NCBI GenBank assembly: GCA_022841375.1
Contig: JALHRQ010000016.1
Span: 2,166 to 66,165, forward strand
Reading direction: 5' to 3'
Source: Burkholderiales bacterium
GTDB lineage: Bacteria; Pseudomonadota; Gammaproteobacteria; Burkholderiales; SG8-41
Length of the DNA stretch: 64,000 bases
Part shown: in pieces, positions 9,009 to 17,965 of the stretch
How the letters are laid out: every line of letters begins with the position of its first letter
Numbering within the stretch: the stretch's first letter is position 1
The notes under the pieces: generated by a model
Told to the model about the DNA's origin: nothing
The model's input: the letters and a program-made list of their open reading frames with translations, nothing else
Database searches by the model: none
Made by a program: the position numbers and the translations under genes

Positions 9009-9755
9009 TTATTTGATCAGCAAGGCGCCGCCGCTCGCCAGCAAAACCACGCCGATCGCACGGTTGAACCACGCCGCATTGAAGCGGCTAATCAGTCGCG
9101 CGCCCAGCCATGACCCGAGCAGCATGGTCGGCAGAGCCGCAGCCAGCAGCAGCAGGACGTTGCTGTCGTAAAGGCCCAGTACGGCGTAACCCACCATGCG
9201 TGTCACTCCCTGAAACAGCATGATGGATGTAATGGTCACGCGGAATGCATCGCGCCCGAGCCGCAATCCATTGAGATAGATCACGTACAACGGGCCCGCC
9301 GCCCCGCCGAACAAGGCGCCGATAAACCCGGCGGAGGTGCTGGTCAACACGGTCACCGCCGGCAGCCAGCGCTTTGGCACATGCACCTCACGCCCCGCCA
9401 ATATCATCATATACAGTGCATAAAGCACGACAAAAACACCGAGGGCACGGCCGAGCGGTTTGGCATCAAAAGTACCGAGAAAATATAGCCCGATCAACAC
9501 GCCGATCAGACTGCCCGGCATGACCTGCCAGATGGCGCGCCAGACGATGTGACGCCAAGCGGCAATGCCGTGTCCGATTGACGACAGCATGTTGAGCACA
9601 GTGACCACCGGCACCGTGACCTGCAACGGGAATACCAAAGCCAGCAAAGGCACTGCAATAGCCCCTCCGCCAAATCCGGTGCCGCCACGGACAGCAAAGG
9701 CCAGCGTCACCACAAAAGCACAAAACAGCAGTTGCCACCCGGAGAGGGATTCCAT
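9009..9755 (-). CDS. TauE/SafE-family (DUF81) anion exporter membrane protein, tandem paralogue
   Basis: This is ORF 9009..9803 trimmed to ATG 9755, which has AGGAGG 8 nt upstream. The sequence reads MESLSGWQLLFCAFVVTLAFAVRGGTGFGGGAIAVPLL... Confidence 0.8.
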   Translation of the reverse strand: MESLSGWQLLFCAFVVTLAFAVRGGTGFGGGAIAVPLLALVFPLQVTVPVVTVLNMLSSIGHGIAAWRHIVWRAIWQVMPGSLIGVLIGLYFLGTFDAKPLGRALGVFVVLYALYMMILAGREVHVPKRWLPAVTVLTSTSAGFIGALFGGAAGPLYVIYLNGLRLGRDAFRVTITSIMLFQGVTRMVGYAVLGLYDSNVLLLLAAALPTMLLGSWLGARLISRFNAAWFNRAIGVVLLASGGALLIK

Positions 9756-9759
9756 CGAT

Positions 9760-10977
9760 TCAGCCTCCTGCCTGCATCGCGCGTTTGCCCGCGTGCAGCG
9801 CAAAAAGGGTCAACACGGCAATCACGATCACCAGGCCGAATGTGGCTGTATAACTGCCGATGGCCTTGTAGACCAGCGTAAATGCCGACGGCCCGGTGAG
9901 GATGCCGGCAAAATTCCAAACCATCGCGCCACCCGTCACCAGACTCACCTGGCCCGGCGGACTGCGTCGAGCCACTTCGGCGGTATACAAGCCGTTCCAG
10001 CCAATCGCCGTCGCGCCAAATACGGCATACAGCAGCGCGGTCAGCCAAACCGGCCAGCCTGGCGCGAGAAAAAACACCGCCGCACAGCAGGCCACGGAAC
10101 CCAATGTCAGATACTGCAAAGCAGCCATGCAATTGCCACTGCGATCAGCCAGCCAGCCCCAGGCAATGCGGCCGAGCACGCCGAATATCTGCGCCACCGA
10201 CAGCATCAGCCCCGCCTCGATCAGTGTGTAACCACCTTCACCGACCAGCATCACCACGGTAAACGTGCTGACACATAACTGGATGAATGCCAGACAAAAA
10301 GCGGCAACACCGAGCCAGCGCAACGCCGGCATCCGCCACACCAGCAATACGCCGTCGAACACCCGGGCCTGCACCGGAAGGTCGGGACGCCGGTCGTCAT
10401 CCCAAAGCCGGCGTGACGGTTGTATCGCCAGCAGCGTGATCAGCGACGACACCAGCACCAGCACCAGCGCCCAGTGCCAGCCCCAGGTCAGGGTGACTGC
10501 CGGCGCGATCAGCGCCATCAACGCCCAGGCCAGCGGCACGCCGGTCTGCTTCAGTGAAAAGATGAAATTGCGGTGCTGCGGCGGGCTGAAGCGGAACAGC
10601 AGGTGTGCCGCAGCCGGCAGGTTGATGCTCATCGCCGCGCCGATAAAAACCGAAGCAACAACCAGCGACCACACACTGCCATGCAAGGCAACCGCCATGC
10701 CCAGCACGCAACAGGCCATGCCGAACTGCGTGGTACGGCATCCGCCGTAACGCGCGACCATCCAGGTGAATAACATCGACCCTATCATCGCCGCGCCATA
10801 GATCACGCTCATCTGATAACCGATCAGCGAAGCCTCGACGCCCAGATTGCGCGCAAGCTCCGGGGCGATCACCGGAAAAACGGCGGCACCCATGGCGCCA
10901 GCCACCTGTGCCGCAGTGGTGGCCGCGACTACAGCGGCAACCGTGCGCGCCGGATAAGCTTCCTGCTCAAGGCTCAT
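9760..10977 (-). CDS. MFS transporter, paralogue 3 of a tandem triplet
   Basis: This is ORF 9760..11298 trimmed to MSLEQEAY... Its ATG overlaps the upstream stop (ATGA at 10974-10977). It carries the shared motif LLFRFSPPQHRNFIFSLKQTGVPLAW. Confidence 0.8.
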   Translation of the reverse strand: MSLEQEAYPARTVAAVVAATTAAQVAGAMGAAVFPVIAPELARNLGVEASLIGYQMSVIYGAAMIGSMLFTWMVARYGGCRTTQFGMACCVLGMAVALHGSVWSLVVASVFIGAAMSINLPAAAHLLFRFSPPQHRNFIFSLKQTGVPLAWALMALIAPAVTLTWGWHWALVLVLVSSLITLLAIQPSRRLWDDDRRPDLPVQARVFDGVLLVWRMPALRWLGVAAFCLAFIQLCVSTFTVVMLVGEGGYTLIEAGLMLSVAQIFGVLGRIAWGWLADRSGNCMAALQYLTLGSVACCAAVFFLAPGWPVWLTALLYAVFGATAIGWNGLYTAEVARRSPPGQVSLVTGGAMVWNFAGILTGPSAFTLVYKAIGSYTATFGLVIVIAVLTLFALHAGKRAMQAGG

Positions 10978-12191
10978 GACGCCCGATCCGCGCGTACCGC
11001 GCATGCGGCCAGCGCGGCACTGAGCAGCGCGCCAATCGCCAGAAAGCCGAACATTGACGTGTAACTGCCAATACTGCGGTACGCCAGCGCAAACAGCGCG
11101 GGGCCCGCCAGAATGCCGGCAAAAATCCACACCATCACACCACCGGTCGCAACACTGACCATGCCGGGCGGACTGAGCCGCGCAATCTGCGCATGCATGA
11201 CGCCGTTCCAGCCATAAGCCACGACGCCGAAAAACATATAGAACAATGCCAGCGCAAACGCCGGCCACGTCGCCGAAATAAATACGCTGACGATGCAACC
11301 CGCAGCGGCGGCAACGCTGGTCAGAATCAGCACCGTGATCGCGTGGCTGCTGCGATCGGCAATCCAGCCGAACGCCAGCCTGCCCGCCATGCCGGCAATC
11401 TGCACCATGGACAGCATCACGCCGGCAGCAACCAGGCTGTAGCCGACGTCATGCACCAGCAGATTGACCGTAAAAGTGCCGATACACAGCTGCACCAGCG
11501 AAAAAAAGAAAGCGGCGAAACCCAGATAACGCAGCGTCGGATATCGCCACAGCAAAATCACGCCGCTCAGCAGATTGGTGAGCCCCGCCGCATGCGGATC
11601 ACGGTCATCGTCCCAGAACCGGCGCCACCGTTCGAGCTGCAGCGCAGTGACAACCGCGTACGCCAATATCAGCAGCAGCGGAACCCGCCAGCCCAAAGAC
11701 AGCGTCAATACGGGCGCCACCAGCGCAATAGCCGCCCAACCCAGCGGCACCCCCGTCTGCTTGATCGAAAAAATCAGATTGCGATGCTGCGGCGGTGCGA
11801 AGCGGAACAGCAGATGCGCGGCGCCGGCTGCTGCCAGCGCATTGCTGGTACCGATACATAATGCCGCCAGCGGCATCAGCCATAACTCTCCTGCCAATGC
11901 GGCAATCATCCCCGCGGCCGACAGCCACAACGCCCCCTGCATGGTCCGGCATGCCCCCCAGCGCAGGACTACGGTGCCGACAACCCCGGAGGCCAGCATC
12001 GCCGCGCCGAACAGCAGGCTGATCTGATAACCTACGTAGGAGGCATCAACATCAAGCATGCGCGCGAGGTGCGGCGCCATCACCGGAAATATGGCAATGC
12101 CCATGGCCGATGCGATCTGCGCCGCAGTTGTCGCCAGCACCACGACAGGAACCGAGGGCTGCAGTTCGGAAGCGGTTAGCGGCACATTCAT
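10974..12191 (-). CDS. MFS transporter, paralogue 2 of a tandem triplet
   Basis: 405 aa with the motif LLFRFAPPQHRNLIFSIKQTGVPLGW. Its start overlaps the upstream stop (ATGA at 12188-12191). Confidence 0.82.
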   Translation of the reverse strand: MNVPLTASELQPSVPVVVLATTAAQIASAMGIAIFPVMAPHLARMLDVDASYVGYQISLLFGAAMLASGVVGTVVLRWGACRTMQGALWLSAAGMIAALAGELWLMPLAALCIGTSNALAAAGAAHLLFRFAPPQHRNLIFSIKQTGVPLGWAAIALVAPVLTLSLGWRVPLLLILAYAVVTALQLERWRRFWDDDRDPHAAGLTNLLSGVILLWRYPTLRYLGFAAFFFSLVQLCIGTFTVNLLVHDVGYSLVAAGVMLSMVQIAGMAGRLAFGWIADRSSHAITVLILTSVAAAAGCIVSVFISATWPAFALALFYMFFGVVAYGWNGVMHAQIARLSPPGMVSVATGGVMVWIFAGILAGPALFALAYRSIGSYTSMFGFLAIGALLSAALAACAVRADRAS

Positions 12192-13402
12192 GCAGCACTC
12201 CGGCTATGTGCTGCGGCGCGCTGCGCCAGTCTCAGCAATCCGAGCGCGGCCAATGCAATACCCGGAACCAGCAAAAACGTCTGACTGTAACTGCCGATGC
12301 CGCCGTAGGCCGCGGCGAATGCCGCGGGGCCGATCAGCACGCCGGCGAATACAAAGAACGTGGTTCCAGCCGCCACCACACTGGCCATTCCTTGAGGACT
12401 GAGCCGCGCAGCTTCGGCATGAAACACACCGTTCCAACCCACTGCGCTGGCGCCGATGACAAAAAACAGCAGGTAAATCAGCACTCGATTCCAGCCGGGA
12501 TCGAAATAAACCAGGACCAGCGTCGAGGTCAATGTAACCACGCAGATGATCATCAGCACGGTCAGACTGCTGCCCAGGCGATCGGCCACCCACCCCCAGC
12601 AGATGCGTGACGCCGAACCGCCAACCTGCACCACCGAAAGCAATACGCCGGCTTCCACCAATCCCAATCCGCCCTCAGCCACCAGATAAATCACGGTAAA
12701 ACTCAGCACAATGCGCTGGATGCCGGAAAAAATCATCGCCACCAGGGAAATCCAGCGCAGGCTGCTCCGTCGCCACACCAGCGGCACGCCGCCAAATGCG
12801 GCTTTTTTGCCGCCGCCGTCACCGCGCAGGTCGCTGTCCCAGATTACGCGATGACGCTGAATGAAAACCAGCAGCACGACGATCAGCCCCCCGATCACCA
12901 CCAGCGACCAGCGATAACCGAAATGCACGGCAATGCCGGGCGCCGTCAGGGCGGTGATGACGCCGCCGACGGGCACGCCAGTCTGCTTGATCGAGAACAT
13001 GATGTTGCGTCGTTCCGGCGGCGTGTAAGTGACCAGCATATGGGCTGCTGCAGGGTTGATCATGCCCATCCCCATCCCGACCGCGGCTGAACCGAGCGCG
13101 ACGGCCGCGACGTTAGGCACCGCAAAAAGGGCCAGACCCAACCCGCAGCACAATATCGACAACTGGGTGGCGCGGGCCGCGCCACAACGCAGAACGACAT
13201 TGCCGCCAAACATGGTGGCCAGTGTTGCGACGCCAAAAGTCAGACTCACCTGATAACCGATCAAAATCGGGCTGACGCCCAGCGCTTCGGCCAGTTTGGG
13301 CGCAATCGTGGGCAGCAGGATGTTCGACATCGCCACAATCATCTGCGCGATGGTCGCAACGGCAAGAACCGTCCAGGGGCCGGGCATGGCAACAGCTTTC
13401 AT
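12188..13402 (-). CDS. MFS transporter, paralogue 1 of a tandem triplet
   Basis: This is ORF 12188..13492 with the motif MLVTYTPPERRNIMFSIKQTGVPVGG. The start is placed at ATG 13402 (MKAVAMPGPW...), which keeps TM1 aligned with the paralogues. There is no clear SD, so the start is uncertain. Confidence 0.75.
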   Translation of the reverse strand: MKAVAMPGPWTVLAVATIAQMIVAMSNILLPTIAPKLAEALGVSPILIGYQVSLTFGVATLATMFGGNVVLRCGAARATQLSILCCGLGLALFAVPNVAAVALGSAAVGMGMGMINPAAAHMLVTYTPPERRNIMFSIKQTGVPVGGVITALTAPGIAVHFGYRWSLVVIGGLIVVLLVFIQRHRVIWDSDLRGDGGGKKAAFGGVPLVWRRSSLRWISLVAMIFSGIQRIVLSFTVIYLVAEGGLGLVEAGVLLSVVQVGGSASRICWGWVADRLGSSLTVLMIICVVTLTSTLVLVYFDPGWNRVLIYLLFFVIGASAVGWNGVFHAEAARLSPQGMASVVAAGTTFFVFAGVLIGPAAFAAAYGGIGSYSQTFLLVPGIALAALGLLRLAQRAAAHSRSAA

Positions 13403-13577
13403 CACGACCGGTCTTTTAAGGGGAAAACTTGTATTCGGAGGAATACCGGCATTGTGGTGAGTGCCGCAGTCCGGCGCAAGCCGGGTTTTCACGATGCGGT
13501 CTTGCGGGACCGTCGACCAAAAATTGGCAACTTATTCCGCAACTCCGGAATGTCTGCGATAACACCCTGCCGCACCG

Positions 13578-13606
13578 TTGACATGTCAGATATCCGCTTC
13601 TAAGAT
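13578..13606 (+). promoter_or_regulatory. sigma70-type promoter candidate for the GntR gene, with a palindrome overlapping the -35
   Basis: TTGACA (13578-13583), a 17-nt spacer, then TAAGAT (13601-13606). The perfect 10-bp palindrome TGACATGTCA (13579-13588) overlaps the -35. The ATG at 13615 lies only 8 nt after the -10. Confidence 0.45.
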
Positions 13607-13614
13607 TTCACAAA

Positions 13615-14310
13615 ATGGTCGCCACCGTCAAAACCATTCCGCTGCTCAGCGAGCGCGCCTACGACCGCGTGAAACATGACATCATCTGCTGTCTGTTCAC
13701 GCCGGGAAGCGAAATCTCCGAAGCCCGGTTATGCGCCCAGTACAAACTGGGCAAAGCGCCTGTGCGCATGGCGCTGTCACGACTGGCTCATGACGGCCTG
13801 GTGCGCGCGATTCCTCGGCGCGGCTACATGGTCACCCCGGTCACGCTGAAAGACATCCAGGACGTTTTCGAATTGCGGTTGCTGCTCGAACCGCCCGCCG
13901 CCCGGCTGGCCGCAGGCCGTGTTGACGCCAAGCGGCTGCGCCTGCTCGATGAAATCTGCCGCGCCGGCTACCAGTCGGATGAGCCGAAAAGCATCGTACG
14001 TTTTCTCGAAGCCAACAAGGAATTCCATGTCGCGATTGCACAAGCTGCCGGCAATGCCCGCCTCGTGCACTCTATCGATCAACTGCTCGACGAAATGACC
14101 CGGCTGCTGCATCTGGGTCTCGGCGTACGCAACCGCTCCCAGGAAATGCAGCACGAACACCGCACGCTGCTGCGCGCACTGGTGCGCGGCGACGGCGCGA
14201 CAGCTGAACAGATCTGCCGCGAACAGATTGAAGCCGCCCGCGACATGGTGCTTAAAGCCATCATGAACAGCAACGCCGTGATGAATTTTGCGCTCACTGC
14301 CGACGCCTGA
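13615..14310 (+). CDS. GntR-family transcriptional regulator (FadR/FCD subfamily)
   Basis: 231 aa. The N-terminal wHTH region is YDRVKHDIICCLFTPGSEISEARLCAQYKLGKAPVRMALSRLAHDGLV. The C-terminus is all-helical and FCD-like. Confidence 0.85.
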   Translation: MVATVKTIPLLSERAYDRVKHDIICCLFTPGSEISEARLCAQYKLGKAPVRMALSRLAHDGLVRAIPRRGYMVTPVTLKDIQDVFELRLLLEPPAARLAAGRVDAKRLRLLDEICRAGYQSDEPKSIVRFLEANKEFHVAIAQAAGNARLVHSIDQLLDEMTRLLHLGLGVRNRSQEMQHEHRTLLRALVRGDGATAEQICREQIEAARDMVLKAIMNSNAVMNFALTADA

Positions 14311-14312
14311 TC

Positions 14313-14813
14313 ATGCAAGCACCGCTACAACGACTGGTTAATCGTCTTGACGCCGCAGTTGCCGCCCCGCATGAAGAATTGCCGGACGCCGTCACTACCG
14401 CGCTGGGTGAAGCGCTCGCCGCCGGTGCCTGGCTGTCACCCGAACAACAGCGAGCGAGCCATGACCGTTACGCCCGGCACTTGGTTTATGCCGACCCCGG
14501 GAACCGTTACACCATTGTCTCGATAGCCTGGGGCAGCGGCCAGCAAAGTCCCATTCACGGCCACCACACCTGGTGCGGCCTCGCGGTCTACAGCGGGACC
14601 GTGGTCGAAACCTTTTACGAATCAGCCGGAAACAATGCCCCGCCCCGCGCGTTGCGCAGCCTGGTGCGGCAGCCCGGCACTCTCAGCTTCGATGTAGACC
14701 TTACCGGCGCGCACCGCATCGCCAATGCCGCGCCCGAAGTGGCTGTTTCCATCCATGTTTACGGTGTCGGCGGAGCACGCATCGCCACCGACGTCAATCG
14801 CGTTTTGGGTTAG
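14313..14813 (+). CDS. cysteine-dioxygenase-type (CDO/Mdo-like) cupin thiol dioxygenase family protein
   Basis: 166 aa. The cupin metal motif SPIHGHHTWCGLAVYSGTVVETFY and a distal His (TGAHRI) resemble bacterial CDO / 3-mercaptopropionate dioxygenase homologues. The gene starts 2 nt after the GntR stop. Confidence 0.6.
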   Translation: MQAPLQRLVNRLDAAVAAPHEELPDAVTTALGEALAAGAWLSPEQQRASHDRYARHLVYADPGNRYTIVSIAWGSGQQSPIHGHHTWCGLAVYSGTVVETFYESAGNNAPPRALRSLVRQPGTLSFDVDLTGAHRIANAAPEVAVSIHVYGVGGARIATDVNRVLG

Positions 14814-14913
14814 GCGAATCGCGAAACAGGATTCATAATTACACAGTTGCCGAAGCGCACACCGCAGCTGCGTCCGGCACAGCATCACCATTATTATCCC
14901 ACGGAGAAATGCA

Positions 14914-15918
14914 ATGAAAGCAGTCGTCCTTCGCGAACACGGCGGTCTCGACAAACTGGAATACGTGACCAACTTCCCCGATCCCACGGTCTGCGAAGGC
15001 CATGTCGTCATCCGGGTTAAAGCCACTTCGTTCAACTACCACGATGTTTTCACGGTTCGCGGCATGCCCGGCATCAAGGTGCCGTTCCCGATGATCATCG
15101 GCCTTGATCTGGCCGGCGAAATCCTCGAAGTCGGCCCCGGCGTCTCCGGCTGGAAAGCCGGGGACCGGGTGCTGGTCAACCCGCTGAACAAGAAAAAGGG
15201 CCTGATGGGTGAAATGATGCACGGCGGGCTCGCCGAGAAATGTCTGGTTTCCGCTGATCAGCTGATCAAGATGCCCGCCAACGTCAGTTTTGAGCAGGCC
15301 GCCTCGCTGCCGGTCGCTTACGGCACTGCGCATCGCATGATCATCACCCACAACACCATCAAGAAGGGCGACAAGGTGCTGGTGCTCGGTGCCAGCGGCG
15401 GCGTCGGCACCGGCTGCGTGCTGCTCGCCAAGATGCTGGGTGCGGAAGTCATTGCCTGCGCCTCCAGCGCGGACAAGATCCAGCGCCTCAAGGACCTCGG
15501 TGCCGACCATGTGATCAACTACAAGGAAACCGACTTCTCGAAATGGGCTGTCGAAAAATTCGGCAAACCGCAGCGCCGCAACTACGAAGGCGGTGTCGAT
15601 GTGGTCATCAACTTCACCGGCGGCGACACCTGGGCGCCTTCGCTGAAATGCGTCAAGCGTGGCGGCAAGATCCTGGTCTGCGGCGCCACCGCGGGCTACG
15701 ACCCCAAGGAAGACCTGCGCTACATCTGGAGCTTCGAACTGCAGGTCGTCGGCTCGAACAGCTTCTATGACGACAACCTGAAAGCGCTGATGGACCTGAT
15801 CCAGGAAGGCAAGATGAAGCCGGTAATCGACGAAGTGCTGCCGCTGGAAAAGGCCGCACAGGGCCTGAAGCTGATCGAAGACCGCGAAGTCTTCGGCAAA
15901 GTCATCATCACCCCCTGA
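14914..15918 (+). CDS. zinc-type alcohol dehydrogenase / quinone oxidoreductase (MDR superfamily)
   Basis: 334 aa with a GroES-like N-terminal domain and the Rossmann motif VLVLGASGGVGTGCVLLAKMLGAEV. Confidence 0.85.
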   Translation: MKAVVLREHGGLDKLEYVTNFPDPTVCEGHVVIRVKATSFNYHDVFTVRGMPGIKVPFPMIIGLDLAGEILEVGPGVSGWKAGDRVLVNPLNKKKGLMGEMMHGGLAEKCLVSADQLIKMPANVSFEQAASLPVAYGTAHRMIITHNTIKKGDKVLVLGASGGVGTGCVLLAKMLGAEVIACASSADKIQRLKDLGADHVINYKETDFSKWAVEKFGKPQRRNYEGGVDVVINFTGGDTWAPSLKCVKRGGKILVCGATAGYDPKEDLRYIWSFELQVVGSNSFYDDNLKALMDLIQEGKMKPVIDEVLPLEKAAQGLKLIEDREVFGKVIITP

Positions 15919-15928
15919 TCGGAAAGCC

Positions 15929-17473
15929 ATGGCTGTTCCCCGTCCTGAACCACGGGGTTACCCGGGCAATCTGGGGGCCCCGTTCAGCGCGCATGCCGGA
16001 AGCACACGCACCGCGCTGGTCGACTTGCGTAACCCCGGGTCAGCGCGGGAGCACAGCTTTGCCGCTCTTGATGCGCAGGCTGATGCCGTTGCGCGGGGCC
16101 TGATCCGTCGCGGTCTGAAAGCCGGGGACCGCATCTGCATCCTGTCGTTGAATCGCATCGAGTTCGTCACCACACTGCTCGGCGCAATGCGCGCCGGTAT
16201 GATTCCGGTGCCGGTCAACATCAAGCTGGCCGCCGAAACCGTAGGCTATATCGCCGGCGATGCCGGTGCAAAACTGGCGTTTTGCGAACCGGCCTACCGT
16301 CACCTGCTGCCGCCGGATCTACCGTACGTCAGCTTTGACGGCAGCACTTCGTTCGCGGACTTCCTCGACGCAGGCCCGTTCACACCGGTCGAACCCGGTC
16401 CCGATACCGTCGCCATCCAGCCCTACACCTCGGGTTCGACCGGCAAACCCAAAGGCGTGCTGCTCAGTCACTACGGCCAGAACTGGAGCCGCCGGATACT
16501 GGCGCACACCCGCGGCACCAGCGATCAGGATGTCATCCTTGTGGCGGCGCCGCTTTATCACAAGAATGCGTTGAACGCGATCAAGCAGGGCCTGACCGCC
16601 GGCGCGACATTGGTGCTGATGCCGCAGTTCAATGTCGAACACTACATTGCCGCCATCGCACGTTTTCACTGCACGGTAATTTCGGGCGTGCCGACGATGA
16701 TCTCGATGCTGCTCGCGCGCAAGGATCTGCTCGCGCATACCGACACCACTTCGGTACGCACCGTGATGATGGGTTCTGCACCGTCCTCCCCGCAGTTGCT
16801 GTCCGACATCCGCATACATTTTCCCAATGCCGAACCGCTGGTGGTCTACGGCGTCACCGAAGGCGGCCCGGTGCCGCTGGGGCCGCATCCTGACCACAAA
16901 CCCCGTCCGACGGGCTCCATTGGCGTACCCTATCCCGGCACCGAAGCGAAGCTTATCAACGGACCGAATGCCGACGAGGGTGAACTGCTGCTCAAAAATC
17001 CCGGCATCCTGCTTGGCTACCACAACCTTCCGGACGAATCGGCAAAACGGCTGCAAGGCGGCTGGTATCACACCGGCGATGTGTGCCGTCGCGACGCCGA
17101 GGAGTTCTACTTTTTTGTCGGCCGCACCGACGACATGTTTGTTTGTGGCGGTGAAAACATCTTTCCCATCGAAGTGGAGCGCCTGCTGGAACGCCACCCG
17201 GCCGTGCATCAGGCCTGCGTGATGCCCTTCAGCCACGAGCTCAAAGGCCAGGTGCCGTATGCCTTCATCGTGCTGCGCAGCGGACACAACGCGACCGAGG
17301 ACGACATCCGCCAGTTCGCGCTGACCAATGGCCCGGTTTACCAGCACCCGCGGCGCGTGTTTTTCCTCGAACAGCTGCCGCTCGCCGGCACCAACAAGAT
17401 CGACCGTGAACGGCTGCGTGGCATTGTCGCAGCCGCCGGAAACAGTGTTGAGAAGAATTCATCAGCAGCCTGA
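15929..17473 (+). CDS. AMP-dependent synthetase/ligase (acyl-CoA or aryl-CoA ligase)
   Basis: 514 aa with the AMP-binding motif YTSGSTGKPKGV. Also present are YHTGD and the C-terminal GKIDRERL-type motif (NKIDRERL). Confidence 0.88.
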   Translation: MAVPRPEPRGYPGNLGAPFSAHAGSTRTALVDLRNPGSAREHSFAALDAQADAVARGLIRRGLKAGDRICILSLNRIEFVTTLLGAMRAGMIPVPVNIKLAAETVGYIAGDAGAKLAFCEPAYRHLLPPDLPYVSFDGSTSFADFLDAGPFTPVEPGPDTVAIQPYTSGSTGKPKGVLLSHYGQNWSRRILAHTRGTSDQDVILVAAPLYHKNALNAIKQGLTAGATLVLMPQFNVEHYIAAIARFHCTVISGVPTMISMLLARKDLLAHTDTTSVRTVMMGSAPSSPQLLSDIRIHFPNAEPLVVYGVTEGGPVPLGPHPDHKPRPTGSIGVPYPGTEAKLINGPNADEGELLLKNPGILLGYHNLPDESAKRLQGGWYHTGDVCRRDAEEFYFFVGRTDDMFVCGGENIFPIEVERLLERHPAVHQACVMPFSHELKGQVPYAFIVLRSGHNATEDDIRQFALTNGPVYQHPRRVFFLEQLPLAGTNKIDRERLRGIVAAAGNSVEKNSSAA

Positions 17474-17537
17474 TAATTTATAGGTTGCGCCCTGCCATCC
17501 AGTAGTCTTCAATCCAGAATCGAACCGGAGCCCCGTA

Positions 17538-17957
17538 ATGACCGACACCAAACTTTCCCTCGAACAACTGCAGAATCTGATCAGCCGCGGCCCGTTCAAT
17601 CAGTGGCTCAACTTCACCTTCCTTAAAGCCGATGACTCCGGCATCGAGGTCAAGGCGACCTGGCGCGAAGAATGGGTGGTCAACCCCGAGCGCAAATACA
17701 CCCATGGCGGCATCCTCGCGGCGATCGTCGACGTCGTTGCCGACTACGCGATTGCCGCGCAACTGGGCCGGCCGGTGCCAACCATCGACATCCGCGTCGA
17801 TTATCACAAAGCCGCCATGCCCGGCGACCTGACCGCCAAGGGCCGCGTCGTGCGCAGCGGCAGCCAGTATTCGACGGCGGAAGCCTATGTCTACGACAAA
17901 GACGGCGCGCTGGTCGCCAGCGGCCGTGGCACCTACTTCACCGCACCGCCGAAATAA
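17538..17957 (+). CDS. PaaI-family hotdog-fold thioesterase
   Basis: 139 aa. HGGILAAIVDVVADYA is the typical PaaI/4HBT class II catalytic region. GGAG ribosome-binding site lies upstream. Confidence 0.8.
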   Translation: MTDTKLSLEQLQNLISRGPFNQWLNFTFLKADDSGIEVKATWREEWVVNPERKYTHGGILAAIVDVVADYAIAAQLGRPVPTIDIRVDYHKAAMPGDLTAKGRVVRSGSQYSTAEAYVYDKDGALVASGRGTYFTAPPK

Positions 17958-17965
17958 GCCGATCA

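Noticed and set aside
14839-15930. 363-aa minus-strand ORF antisense to the MDR dehydrogenase gene
   Set aside because: The product is a low-complexity Asp/Ala/Gly/Val/His-rich sequence with no recognisable motif. It lies exactly opposite a clean plus-strand MDR homologue. This is a typical shadow ORF of GC-rich DNA.
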